Shown here: in pieces, positions 49,598 to 62,423 of the stretch
Layout of the letters: every line of letters begins with the position of its first letter
How positions within the stretch are numbered: the first letter of the stretch is position 1
Source of the DNA: Octopus vulgaris
Lineage: Eukaryota
Direction: 5' to 3'
Length of the DNA: 64,000 nucleotides
Assembly: GCA_951406725.2 (NCBI GenBank)
Contig: OX597820.1
Location: 93,248,001 to 93,312,000 of the forward strand
Position numbers and translations under genes: made by a program
Notes under the pieces: model-generated
The model's database searches: none
Told to the model about the DNA's origin: nothing
Seen by the model: the letters and a program-made list of their open reading frames with translations, nothing else

Positions 49598-52086
49598 AGC
49601 GATTTTGCCTAGAAGTTGTGATAATAGATAGATCCGCTAAACAAGTATCTTGTCTCTAAGAATCCGATTAAATTAGGTACAAATATTCTTGATAGCAGCT
49701 ATCGAAATGAGTGGTAAACTTTCGTTTGTTTCCTACGAAACAAAATGAAATGAAGGGACACTTTTATTTGAATTTTCATACTTCTTTATCAGATTTATTT
49801 GAAAAAAAAAAAAATTAAAATTCTTCAGCGTAACGAATTGACAGGCTTGACGTTTATAAGAAAGCAGACATATTCCTAACCGAATGACCATGCATGACTG
49901 TTGTCAATGACCATGCATGACTGTTGTCAAGCTTGTAAAACCATAAAAATAAGTTAATTTTCATTTGGCTTGAGGTGGGATGAGTTCTGATATTTTAGGC
50001 TGCGTCTTTCTTTGTTGTTTATAAGTATAAGAGGGCGTTGTGTGAAAACACGAGAGAAAGAGACACGCGGAGATTGTGTTTATAGATAAACTGGTATACA
50101 GAGAGCGCAAAGCAACCAAGAAAGAAACAATGCACCAAGAAAGACAAAGGCACCAAACAGGAAAAAATATTCCTAGAAAAACAGAGCACTCACTCAACTA
50201 GGTAACAGACATATCGACTAAACCGCCCTAGCACCAATGATAGTCCTGATACGATCACAGAAGCAATTACGAGACAGTCATGTGACCCCCTGCCCATTGT
50301 ACCTGTAACGACAGCGCTTAACGAGTCCTTGACCTTTTGTAGCCAACCGTCGGTCTTCTCTCCACTACACACCCGGTGCAATGCACCCAACGCCATGTGA
50401 CCGCGTGACCTCCAAGGTTACATGGCGTTGGGTGCATTATATGATGTCATGGTTTGCCCAGGTCTTGCTGCTCGCGAAATACGTTCTCGTCATCATGTAG
50501 GACTTTTGCTTGATGTCTTCGTGCACCGCATATCTGCATAGTGGACAATGATGCACCTTCAGATTTACAGTGATACACTTATCTAGAAGTTCCCCTCTAA
50601 CATTATTACAAATTAGAACCCATCTAGATTATTCTGAAGCATCTCCACGATGGGCTTGTGCTCCGCCGGGGTTGTCGTTGATGATATCCTGGATCTGCTG
50701 GACGAACAACGCTGTCCTGACGACGTCTAACTAGCGAAAATTTTTCATACTTTCGTCATGTCATCCGTGGCCCAAAATCTCCAACTTTTTCCCGACCCTG
50801 AACACAAACGACCCGGTCGCGTTTAAAGAGCTAATGATTCTGATTACGTGTGGATGACAACTAGAGCTTCAAGCAAGGCGTGCGTTTTAATTTCCTATAA
50901 CAGATTGGAACCTTCCATACTGAAATGTTTCAAAGAGAAATGAGAAAGTTGAAATTTGTTAAGTTAAGTTAATTTTTGGGCTCAAAAAGCGAAAAGCAAG
51001 GCCATGTAGGGGGTATACCATGTAGCATTACGTTAGATCTCTTCAAGTCTTTTCAAGAATACCCGGCGCTCCATGGCAGAAATTATTTTATTTATGCGCC
51101 CTCTTCAAGCCTAGCCAGGCTCATGGGCCCGGTTACCCGGTTTCTCTTTTGGAGAGTGTTTGTGGACGGATGAGTGAATTTGATGTTGCTCAAAGGGGTA
51201 CAGAATCAGCATGATGCGGCGGGGGTAAACCAGCATATGCTGTCGGGCTCCGCTGCTGAAACTGGGGGTTGCGTTCTGTTCCTTGACCCGAGCATAGAAC
51301 GGGGCTCGCCTTTTTGAGCTGGGAAATGAATGGAATGCCTGATGTGTGTTTTGTTGTGGCTACCCACTCCTAAAAGAATGGGAAACAGGATCTGGTCAGG
51401 CCTGCTTAAAATTGCACAGATTGCTAAAATCTTTGAAAATGTGTAAAATAGATTTGAGAGCTTAAGTAAGTTTTTTATGTTTTTCACAGCAAGGCAACCA
51501 TTCCATGGTTCATATGTTTGGATATGCTCTCAGAAGTTACTACACACATTTGTACATATTGACTTTGTCATAAATGAATAAATGTAATACATGTACCACA
51601 AAACTGTATAAGACTTTATAGACACCTAGGACATCTTGTGATATAGATTGAGGTTATATATCTCTGCTACTGTGATTTGAGAAAACGTTTGTCAGTCTAC
51701 ATCGATGGTTCGCTCCTTATTTCATAAAAGTGCAGACCTTTTCAAACCCGGTTTCGGTTTATCAGAAGCAATGTCATTATTCTTTTAGAATGCAGTGAGC
51801 TAGATGTTTAGTGGCATTTCGTTTGTCTTAACGCTCTGAGTTCAAATATAGCCGAGGTCGACTTTGCGTTTCATCCTGTCGGAGTCGATGAAATGAGTAC
51901 CAGTTGAGCACTGGGGTCGATGTAATTGACTTACCTTCTCCTTCGAATTTGCTGGCCTTGTGCCGAAATTTGAAATCAGTATGACTGTTCTTTACCTTAC
52001 AGTAAAAGTAAAACTGATGAACGCTAGGTTTCCCGTGAACAAGAAATATGTAATGTTTAGTCTCGAGCTATTTATAAGGATCTATA

Positions 52087-52322
52087 CAATAACCCCTCGT
52101 CGTATCGCGGTTCACCTATCGCGGTTCACCTATCGCGGTTTATCATTTAATCTTACGTCGATTTCTCTATGGTGTTGTTTTGCATTTATAATAAAATAAA
52201 TATATACAAATTATAAAAATAATTTTAATAAAGGACTGCACAGTACTGTTTCTACTTCGCGGATTTTTACCTATTGCGTGGGGATTTGGAACGTAACATC
52301 CGCGATAGTCAAGGGATTGCTG
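52087..52322. mobile_element. Tigger/pogo-like MITE
   Basis: TA|caataacccctcgtcgtatcgcgg ... ccgcgatagtcaagggattgctg|TA imperfect TIRs; internal tatcgcggttcacc subrepeats. Confidence 0.7.
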
Positions 52323-52459
52323 TACTCGAAAGCGTACATATTTTTTTCTCTTCACATCTTAACATACTGCAATTTTAGCTTTTGCTATATGAGACGTTGT
52401 CTGTATAGAGTAGCAGAAGTTTTGAGAATTCTAATATTCATATTCTATTAACTTGCCTG

Positions 52460-52900
52460 ATAGTCATCATCGTCATCTGATCTGGTGATTTGTCCCGACT
52501 TCCATAGCAGTCTTCATATCCTATCTTCCATATGTTGATCGATATATGCTCTTCTTGGTCTGCCGTTACCTGTGTGCCCATGCGCAGATTTCCAGAGAAG
52601 GAGATCTCTGAATATTTTATCCTTGCTTCTCCAGCAGTATCTTGCATAATGTGTTCATTTTCTGATTACTGAGGTGATGGTAGGAAGACTGCCATACAAT
52701 CACTGTTCTATAGGGTGTTGTTGCCAAGAAAGAGCGACAACCGCACGAAGCATTCTCGTGTATGTGCTATCAAGTTTCTTTTCAGGTCTCTTATTCAGTG
52801 CCCATGCTGAAGAACCACTGAGAAGTATTGATTGAACATCTTTGAGAAAATCCCTCTTCGTGTTGTCTGAAAAGGTGTCCAAAGTGTTTCGTGTTTTTGC
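52460..52900 (-). mobile_element. RTE-clade (RTE-X-like) LINE 3' remnant
   Basis: SILLSGSSAWALNKRPEKKLDSTYTRMLRAVVALSWQQHP, then LYGSLPTIT and GRPRRAYIDQ in another frame. Confidence 0.75.
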
Positions 52901-54616
52901 AAACCTTACCTGCAAGCCTTTTTGCGTTTCGTCCTTTCGGAGTCGATGAAATGAGTACCAGTTGAGCACTGGGGTCGATGTAATTGACTTACTTCCTCCT
53001 TCGAATTTGCTGGCCTTGTGCCAGTTGAAGCAATGTTAGTAGCAATGCCTTCTAATAAGCTATATAATTTTCGTGTCCTTAATACATAGACTTTAATTCT
53101 GATAAGGTAATCTTAGTGCTAGGTGTTGAACGGATTACTGCAAAGCCGAGAAAACGTGGGTAGATGGTGGTCTTTCTGTGTAGTGGTGTCTTCAACTCCA
53201 TGGCCTTGAGGATTGGTTCACCTTTTTGGGCCACTTGTCCCCAAATTCACAAGACGGTGGAATGGAACCGTCGCTTGGGGGTCTTGTTAAAAGGGAAAGC
53301 CATTTTTATTAGTCTGTGCACCACTTTCGAGGCCATTAGTGCTGAAGATGAGGTCTGAAGACCGTTTTTGATTTGATTCCTTGCTGTCTGCATCCCATGA
53401 ACCTGGTGCTATAATTTTCTTTCTCCTGTTAGCTTTTTTGGCCACAAAGCTCTTGGATAGTTGTCGCGATATTCTCACACATACACATATATACGCATAT
53501 TTTCCCGTTGACAACATTCCACACTCAAAGAAGATCACTGGAATTTATTTTACTTATCTCGATAGAATGAAGAGAGTAAAGACAATACCAGAATGATATG
53601 AAAAGCAACATAAAGTAACAAATATCGCAAGGCATTATCCAACGATCTACTGATCTTAACACCAATCACCCAAATAATCTTCAACATTTCTAACTTAAAC
53701 CCGACTTAACAAATTACTGCCTTTTCAAGTTTTTTATTTACGTGTTTATTGATGTTAACTTCCTTCGATAAAATACTGAAACTTGGTTCAGAAGTTAAAA
53801 TCATGGGGTCTCAACATTGAATTTTTAAAATATAGAAAGTTTCATTTTCTATTTTATGCAGATTATGGCTTTTGGAAAAGTAAGAAACTGCATGTTGATG
53901 GGTTTTGTTTCATATGTTTAGGATTGTTTTCTTTTCACTTGAGGGAAAAGAAAGCTTCAAAACTTCCATACTTTGCTAATTTCTTTGACATTTTCATCAG
54001 CCAAATAATACTTCTATATTTTCTTTTGGGGAATAGCAAAGCTGTGCAGTTCAGCGCAGGAAACTTTCTGATTTTTTTCCTCCTCTTGTTCATGAATAGA
54101 ATTAGAATCACATACAAACATTTCACTTAAAATAAATCACATATGCTATTTTAGCAAGAAAATATTTGTTTTTCTTTTCATAAATCTTTAAAACCAAAAT
54201 GGTTGGTATATTTTCATATATCTTATCATCTCTTCGAAACATCAAGATCGTATTCTTTCAAAATATTTTCACAACTAGATTTCTTGTTTGTGTTTTAGTA
54301 TAACTTCGTTATTTTACTTTTCGTGTATAGTTAAAAAAAATATTGGGATATTATCTTATATTACATGACTTTCTCGAAATTCAAACACATTCTACTTTCT
54401 TCCAATTTACAACTTTGCATCTGGAAATACAATTTCATTTCCATTTGAAGTTTGCTTTTGCAATCTGTCGTTTTGGGTTCGATTTGATCCTGTATCTCCT
54501 ACCAGATACTTAGCTCAGCCCTAGCATTTATGATTGAACTTGGATAAATGGAACGTGGGCGGTTAGAGTTTTACCTACCTTTGAACGGTAGACTCAATCC
54601 CTCGCTCTGTTTACTT

Positions 54617-55702
54617 TGTAGCGCTTAACAAAATACATCCCCTCTCTCTGAGATATATAACACAAATACGGACGTAGCAGATAACAGATAGCTTTCGGCC
54701 CCTTAGGCCCAGTTGTGTCCACTACTCTGATTGGTTGGTTTTGGTGCAGTTTAACTCTTGCTTTATTTCGCGCCAAAGTGCAAACCAACCAATCGCAACC
54801 TTCTGATAAGGTCCCGTGACACTGTTTTTCTAAAGCTCGTTTGAGCCTCTAGTTTCTTATAAAACCCAGCGATTCATTGAATTGCTTGTCTTTGGTTCTA
54901 GTCCTTCTAAGAACTAACATCTGACCACAGAGCATCCAACGACACACAACCAGTTTCAGTTCTAGCGACCGCGACACCAACACTAGCAGCATTTCAGGAC
55001 CTTTCACCACCTTCACCTTAACGTCGCCTCCACCACCGTCGCCTTTAGGCTTATTGACACCACCAACATGTCTACGTACACACCCAGCAACATCACCCAG
55101 GTTTAAACTTCACGCTGTTTGCGAATACTCACCAAGGTTAACAGCAAGTCTACCTGCGAGAACCTTCTGTACCAAGTAACCCGGCACAGCATAGAAGCCA
55201 CAACCGCTTACTCGATATGAGTTTCAATCGGCTCTGCAATTTGTAGCATCAACCTCTTGTACAGAATCCCTACTATTGCTTTCATTACTACGAACTGGTA
55301 TTTAACTTCATTATGTGTTTGATCTTCTTCTAGCATCCTGATAGACTCATTTCTATGCTCTGTATTTTATCTCACACGCATACACCTTGTTTGTACACAC
55401 TCACACATTATTGTATGCTTTGACAGCCTGTCTATATTATTATTATTATTATTACGTATGTACTTATGTCAAACACACAGACACACACTTATGTCGCACT
55501 CACGGACACACACTCCGCTACCCACATGTCAACACCTGAATAAAACCTTTCTCTTAACATATCGGTTGTGTCGTCTTCTCCTTATTCCTTTCTGGCACTT
55601 GTATTCATTTATCCATATTTTGACTTTTATTGTAAGGCGACCGTGCGGTGTTTAAAGGAGTCATTTATTTGTCACCATTTCCTTTCGCACGGTCGTTCTA
55701 CA
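54617..55702 (+). mobile_element. Solo LTR (~1.09 kb), probably Gypsy-type
   Basis: TGTAG...CTACA inverted termini flanked by identical 4-bp ACTT (54613-54616 and 55703-55706); CCAAT ~54789, TATAAAA ~54858 and AATAAA 55539-55544 in plus orientation. Confidence 0.82.
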
Positions 55703-55994
55703 ACTTGCACCGTCTGACTTGTGGTTGGCTTTAGCGGTGTTCATTTTGCTGCAAATATTTGAATCACTTGGCAATTTGATCAGAAATTCTTCAGACATTT
55801 GCATACGTAAAAATACATGTTAGTTTTGTCAACCCATTTTATATTGCAGTGAATACTTTCTGGAGTTGTTGGCGTCGAAGAACGTAGGCTCGAAACGTTA
55901 AAGACTTTTTCACTCCCCGAGCGTTAAACTAATACATTTGTTTGTTGTCTACACTACCTATCTTCGTCTTTTGTTTTTTCCTGAACTCTCCCCA

Positions 55995-56039
<45 letters not shown>

Positions 56040-56105
56040 TTTATTTAAAGCAGCAGAAAATTCAACAAAACCTGTTACTCTGAGTTTCCCGTTGCCGTTC
56101 ATCGG

Positions 56106-56166
<61 letters not shown>

Positions 56167-56169
56167 GTA

Positions 56170-56585
56170 AGTGCAGGCATGGCTGTGTAGTTAAGAAGCT
56201 TGCTTCCCAATCACATGATTTCGATTTCACTCCCACTTCGGAGTACCTTGAGCAAGTGTCCTCTACTATAGACCGGGGCTAACTAAAGCCTTGTGAGTGG
56301 ATTCAGCAGATGATAAAGAAGCCACACACATACACACACACACGTGTGTGTGTGAGAGAGAATATATCTGTATGAATGTGTGTATCTTTGTGTTTGTATC
56401 AGTAACCCTACATCACTTGTCAACTGGTGTTTGTGTGTTTACGTATCCGTAACTTAGCGGTTCGATAGGAGACTGATAAAGTAAGTACCAGACTTTCAAA
56501 AAAATAAGTACTGGGATCGATTTGGTCGGTTAAAACACTTCAAGACGATGCCCTAGTATGGCCGCAGTCCAATAACTGAAACTGG
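56170..56585 (+). mobile_element. SINE family A, diverged
   Basis: ggcatggctgtgtagttaagaag..ccttgagcaagtgtc..aacttagcggttcg..ggccgcagtccaataactgaaac. Confidence 0.8.
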
Positions 56586-56753
56586 AATGACAAGACCATC
56601 AGCCGAGCTGGGGGGGGCTGCTGTGGCTGTTCGTAAAAGTGAGGGCATGTCTGAAAGAGCTTTTCTCTGGGTAACTTCATTTCGAAAAAGGAGACCCACC
56701 CATTCTCCTTATATTTATTTATTTATTATTTTATTTTTTTAATTAACAGCTAT

Positions 56754-57172
56754 AGGCGCAGGAGTGGCTGTGTGGTAAGTAGTTTGTTTACCAACCACAT
56801 GGTTCCGGGTTCAGTCCCACTGCGTGGCACCTTGGGCAAGTGTCTTTTACTATAGCCTCGGGCCGACCGAAGCCTTGTGAGTGGATTTGGTAGACGGAAA
56901 CTGAAAGAAGCCCGTCGTATATATGTATATATATATATGTGCGCGTGTGTGTTTGTGTGTCCGTGTTTGTCCTCCTAGCATTGCTTGACAACCGATGCTG
57001 GTGTGTTTATGTCCCCGTTACTTAGCGGTTCGGCAAAAGAGACCGATAGAATAAGTACTGGGCTTACAAAAGAATGAGTCCTGGGGTTGAGTTGCCTGAT
57101 TAAAGGCGGTGCTCCAGCATGGCCGCAGTCAAATGACTGAAACAAGTAAAAGAGAAAAGAGAAAGAGAAAAG
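56754..57172 (+). mobile_element. SINE family A, young, possible AGCTAT target-site duplication
   Basis: Full-length copy; agctat precedes the head and follows the tail. Confidence 0.9.
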
Positions 57173-57526
57173 AGCTATGCTTAAACGAAGGAACTTATAA
57201 ACTCAATATCCCATCATCAACTTCGTAGAAGAGTTTCGCAAAATTGAGAGATGTCTTACAGGTTCTGCAGCTGCATCAATATCCTGTTGTGATGCTGCGC
57301 AAAACTATGCGAGGCTGCGTCTGCACGGGCGGAAACCATGCTGGGTGTCATTTTGCAGCCCATTTCCCTCTGGGTTGGTAACGAATTTCATTGACATAGT
57401 TGATATATGAAATCAGAGAGATGGGCCTGCAATTTTTTTGCATCTGCTCCACTTCCTTCCTCATAGATTAGACATATATCTTCCTTGAAATTTTGGGATA
57501 TTTGTGAGTATCGATGTCTGTAAATC

Positions 57527-57568
<42 letters not shown>

Positions 57569-57574
57569 GAAAGA

Positions 57575-57804
57575 AGGCGGCGAGCTGGTAGAAACGTTAG
57601 CACGCCGGGCGAAATTCGTAGTCGTATTTCGTCTGTCGTTACGTTCCGAGTTCAAATTCCGCCGAGGTCGACTTTGCCTTTCATCCTTTCGGGGTCGATA
57701 AATTAAGTACCAGTTACGCACTGGGGTCGATGTAGTCGACTTAATCCCTTTGTCTGTCCTTGTTTGTCCCTCTGTGTTTAGCCCCTTGTGGGTAGTAAAG
57801 AAAT
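57575..57804 (+). mobile_element. SINE family B, young
   Basis: ggcggcgagctggtagaaacgttagcacgccgggcgaa..gagttcaaattccgccgaggtcgactttgcctttcatcctttcggggtcgataaattaagtaccag..gccccttgtgggtagtaaagaaata; the central segment resembles a domain shared by many animal SINEs (Meta-type). Confidence 0.88.
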
Positions 57805-57941
57805 ATATATGAAAGAAGGTTTGAAAATGCAATTTTAAAAGATGTTTATTAAAGCGAATAAACATCTTTTAAAATTGCATTTTCAAACCTTTTTTCATAT
57901 ATATTTCCACTCGTGCGGTACCTTACAACTTCACTTTGTTT

Positions 57942-57972
<31 letters not shown>

Positions 57973-58011
57973 TTACACACACACACACATACATTTTCTC
58001 TTTCTCATACA

Positions 58012-58104
<93 letters not shown>

Positions 58105-58117
58105 GTATATGTATATG

Positions 58118-58150
<33 letters not shown>

Positions 58151-58557
58151 GTATGCCTGTATGCATGTATGCATGTATGTATGTATGTATGTATGTATGT
58201 ATGTATGTATGTATGATGTATGTATGTATGTATGTATGAATGAATGTATTTATGTATTTTTTTTTTTGTGTGTACGGTTCGATACAACTACCCTAACCTC
58301 CTGTGTCAAAGCCAACCTCTCTTTCATTACTTTACACTGAACATGTCTGCTGTGATGCAATTTGAGAGATTGTGCTAGTTAAAAATTCATATGAAAGGGG
58401 TGAGGTTAGACCCTGTATGCATTTACGAAATGCATTCAATAGTGGAGTTATTGAAGCAGGGCTTGATTAACTTTACATTCTACCATTAAGTTTTACTGGG
58501 AATCCCGATACATGCTCGAACAAACACAAACACTCTATAACATGTGTGCACTGTTTC

Positions 58558-58972
58558 TTATTTCTTCATTGCCCACAAGGGGCTAAACATAGAGAGGACA
58601 AACACGGACAGACAAAGGGATTAAGTCGATTACGTTGACCCCAGTGCGTAACTGGTACTTAATTTATCGACTCCGAAAGGATGAAAGGCAAAGTCGACCT
58701 CGGCGGAATTTGAACTCAGAACGTAACGGCAGCCGAAATACCTATTTCTTTACTACCCACAAGGGGCTAAACACAGAGAGGACAAACAAGGACAGACAAA
58801 CGAATTAAGTCGATTGTATCGACTCCGGTGCGTAACTGGTACTTAATTTATCGACCCCGAAAGGATGAAAGGCAAAGTCGACCTCGGCGGAATTTGAACT
58901 CAGAACGTAACGACAGCCGAAATACCGCTAAGCATTTCACCCGGCGTGCTAACGTTTCTGCCAGCTCGTTAC
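58558..58972 (-). mobile_element. SINE family B tandem dimer
   Basis: Two consecutive reverse copies, the second complete to the tRNA-like head. Confidence 0.88.
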
Positions 58973-59071
58973 CTTAATGTGCACTGTTTCCATCCCTCGG
59001 AACTCTACGTTGTTTCCGCCTAGAATTCCGATTGAAAAGAATATCAAGAAGACATCCTTGTAGGCAACATA

Positions 59072-59680
59072 CAGGGTGTCCCAGAAAGATTTTACCCATT
59101 GATATTTCTTAATTATTCAAAATAAACTTAAGGTAGGATAACGAAACTTGGCACACATATTCTAATGTAAATTGTCAATCCATTGCAGTAATTACATTTC
59201 AAAATGACCACCTTTCGCCTTGATCATAGCCTGTAAACGAGTGGTCACTGAGTTGCATGAGCACCGTACGATCTCTTCATCCAACTTGACCCATGAAGAC
59301 AGAAGAGCTTTCTTCAGATCTGACACATTTGAATAGGAGCGAGCAGAAACATTACTCTCTAAGATGGATATCAAATAGCAAAGTCCATGGGATTGATGTC
59401 TAGACTTGAGGGAGGCCATATCGTCTTGTCCCCAAAACTGCTGAAATACTCTTTGCACCACCTCTTTATCAAACTGGATGTGTGGGCCGGAGCCCCGTCT
59501 TGAGTAAAGATGTAACGATCACCAAAGGTTTTTGTGACCCAGAGTAACCCAACGTTTCCATATAACCTTCACTGTTGACCTTGACGCCAGCATCGATGAA
59601 AATCAAGGGAGACTAGTACCCACCAGATGTAACTGCGGCCCACACCATGAGTAAAGCTGGCTTCTGGCGGCGTAAATCAC
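59072..59680 (-). mobile_element. Tc1/maT-type transposon 3' half
   Basis: TA|cagggtgtccc TIR; minus-strand motifs RRQKPALLMVWAAVT, FTQDGAPAHTS, WPPSS.DINPMDF and RLQAMIKAKGGHFE. Confidence 0.85.
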
Positions 59681-60647
59681 GTACATTTACATGCATGATC
59701 GTATATGATTTAAAGGTGAGATTTATTATTAAGTAGCAAATATTTGAATTGATCAGATGTCACGAGCATATCAGAGAATGGTAAAAAAGAAAAAGTTTGC
59801 TCGCATACACAGTCGAATTGATTCCATCATATCACCAGAGTTTAACGACCGCAACGGGGAGATCTCTCTTTTATATTGTTAAAATTCAAATCGTGCCCTC
59901 AGCAGGATTTCATCTTGCATGGAATAAACAAATGCATGAAATGATTTCCAAGACCTTTTGTCGAAGATACTCAAGCAAGTGAAGTTAAGTACATCCCATA
60001 TCTTGTGTGGCAGTTTGGAATTTACAACAAATTGAGAGTTTCCTCCTGCTCACTCCAGACGACTGGTACTTAGTGGAATGCAGTATTGTCAGAAGTTTCT
60101 GAATCTCAAGCAGCCAAAAGTCATGGGATTGTTTTTTTTTTTATCATGCTATTAAAATACTGTGATCTATCCAGTCGCCTTCAGCTCAAGTTCAAGTATC
60201 TTGATGACCTCGATAGAGAGTTCAAGCATCAAGCGGAATAGATTTAGGTCGGTATGGATGTAGGGCACAGAGAATAACTCTACATTTCTGCCTTCGTCGA
60301 CATTGGGAACAAGTGGCCAAGAACTTCATAAATAGAGCTTTTTTCAACATATCTATATGTAAGCCAATAAGCTATCAACGAAAGATTCGAGAGAAGCATG
60401 ACACAATACTAACACATTAAGATCATACATACATCAATGATTATAAACCCAAATTTACTACAGATAATAATATGGTTTGTTAGTCTCTCTAAGTAGGGAT
60501 GGGTGGCGAGAAGCTAAAATTTGCTTCCTTGGAGTCCAAATGGAGTTGGAAAAGCATTCTTATTTAGGCTATTGCTTACCAAAGTCTGACAATACAAAGA
60601 TATAACTACTGAAGTTGCTTTATGAGGTATTCAGCTATACTTCTTTA

Positions 60648-60900
60648 TGGAGTGAAAGTGTATGGCCAAGTGGTTAGGGCGTTGCACTCACGATTGCAAG
60701 ATCGCCGTTTCGATTCCATGACTTGGTGGTGCGTTACGTTGTGGTCTTGAGCAAAACACTTTATTTCTCGTTGCTCCAGTTTATCCTGCTGTAACATGTT
60801 ATTGTAAACCTTGTGATTTCAGTCACTTATACGTCGTATAAACCGGGGTAACCAGCTATGTGAGTCCTATGACTGAAGACAATGATGCCTAGGAGGCTTA
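60648..60900 (+). mobile_element. V-SINE-like tRNA-derived SINE, degraded
   Basis: tggccaagtggttagggcg..gtttcgattcc..gtcttgagcaaaacacttt..ttgctccagt. Confidence 0.6.
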
Positions 60901-61069
60901 CTTCTTCATAGAAGCTGTACAGTGTATTCTGCCTTCAAGTATCTGGACCAAATTTTGCACCTGTTTGCAGTATTACTAAGAATCAGGAACAGAAAAAGGA
61001 ATTCGGAATGACTGACTGAGATGAAAGAGCAATGGCACTCGGGAAATTCCTGGAGCCCTGAAATACCTA

Positions 61070-61760
61070 AACGATAAACTTCTTGAAAGTTTTACAAATT
61101 TTTAGAGTTCCAGTAATGGCTTGGATCTGTAATCCTCGAATCAGCTTTCTCTTTTCTGGTTTTGAGAAGCCTAATTTCTCAAGATCGGTATTTAGGCAGT
61201 GTTTTACATATCCTAATTTCCCGATAATCACAGGTAATAAACCTGAACTTGTGATCTGGGTAGAGTAACTGTAGAATTCTCAATACTTCAATGTAAATAT
61301 TTTCTTTTCGGTGATTTTTAACATTATGTTAACATCCTCTGAGCTGCTAATTCTCACTACTGTACGCAGTTTCTCTTCTCAGTCCTAAATCACTATTTCA
61401 GGTCTATTATGTTTACATTTTATTGAAGTTTTCACTGGGACATTCCACCCATACTCGTTCTTATTATGAGTGGTTATGGCCTCTAACATACTGTGGGATC
61501 TTATTTCTTTGGCCTCGGGATTTTACAGTGTCGTAGCAACAATATCATATTCCATTGACAAACAATACTGCGATGGCATTTTTGGATAACTGCTTATGAC
61601 CTGGGTGATAATATCTTCGGTGTTGACTCCACAAAGTCTGCCTTGATTATCACATTTTTGTACATCTCCTACATCACTGTCCCTTGCGTGCATTAGGTAT
61701 TTGTAGATATTTTCTGTTCCCGAATTGCAGACGCACGCTGGAAGGAGTCTGATGGAAACA
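61070..61760 (-). mobile_element. R4/Dong-clade LINE C-terminal remnant (Zn knuckle plus restriction-like endonuclease)
   Basis: Minus translation KCDNQGRLCGVNTEDIITQVISS, HNRPEIVI, PVIIGKLGYV and LQIQAITGTLKICKTF. Confidence 0.75.
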
Positions 61761-61796
61761 GTGAGACAGAGGGGTAGTTAAGAGGCAAGGTAATAA

Positions 61797-62025
61797 AGCG
61801 GCGAGCTGGCAGAAACGTTAGCACGCCGGGCGAAATGCGTAGCAGTATTTCGTCTGCCGCTACGTTCTGAGTTCAAATTCCGCCGAGGTCGACTTTGCCT
61901 TTCATCCTTTCGGGGTCGATTAAAGAAGTACCAGTCACGCACTGGGGTCGATATAATCGACTTAATCCGTTTGTCTGTCCTTGTTTGTCCCATCTGTGTT
62001 TAGCCCCTTGTGGGTAGTAAAGAAA
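61797..62025 (+). mobile_element. SINE family B, young
   Basis: Near-identical to 57575-57804. Confidence 0.88.
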
Positions 62026-62027
62026 TT

Positions 62028-62423
62028 TTTATATATAAAAGTCAAGTTGTGTGTCTGTCTCCTACGATTTAGATTCCTAACTACTCCCACGTTTTGCGGT
62101 GCAGTTTAACCAAAACCGGGTATCTTATAGTCGTGATTCATATCGAGGCCTTCTGGGTATTAGCGCGCGTCTACGATGAATCTACGATTTAAAAAAAAAA
62201 TTACCATCATTTTTTTCCATTTCAATGCATTTTTTCGCTATTATATAAGGGAAGTAACTCTCTAAAAATGTCTACGATGAGTCAACGATTTAAAAAAAAT
62301 TTACCATCATTTTTTTTCCATTTTTAATGCATTTTTTTTCATATTTTTTTGTTATAACTCTCTAAAAATGCTTATATAGTTATTTCCCTTACAGATCCGA
62401 GCAACGCCGGGCGATACTGCTAG
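62028..62423 (+). mobile_element. Non-autonomous Helitron
   Basis: 5' tatatataaaa start, internal tandem duplication (ctacgatga..cgatttaaaaaaaa..ttaccatcattttttt), GC-rich subterminal ccgagcaacgccgggcg and 3' CTAG|T. Confidence 0.7.

Noticed and set aside
49960-50830. Possible LTR retrotransposon remnant
   Set aside because: Composition is suggestive, but I could not define termini, a TSD or convincing pol motifs.
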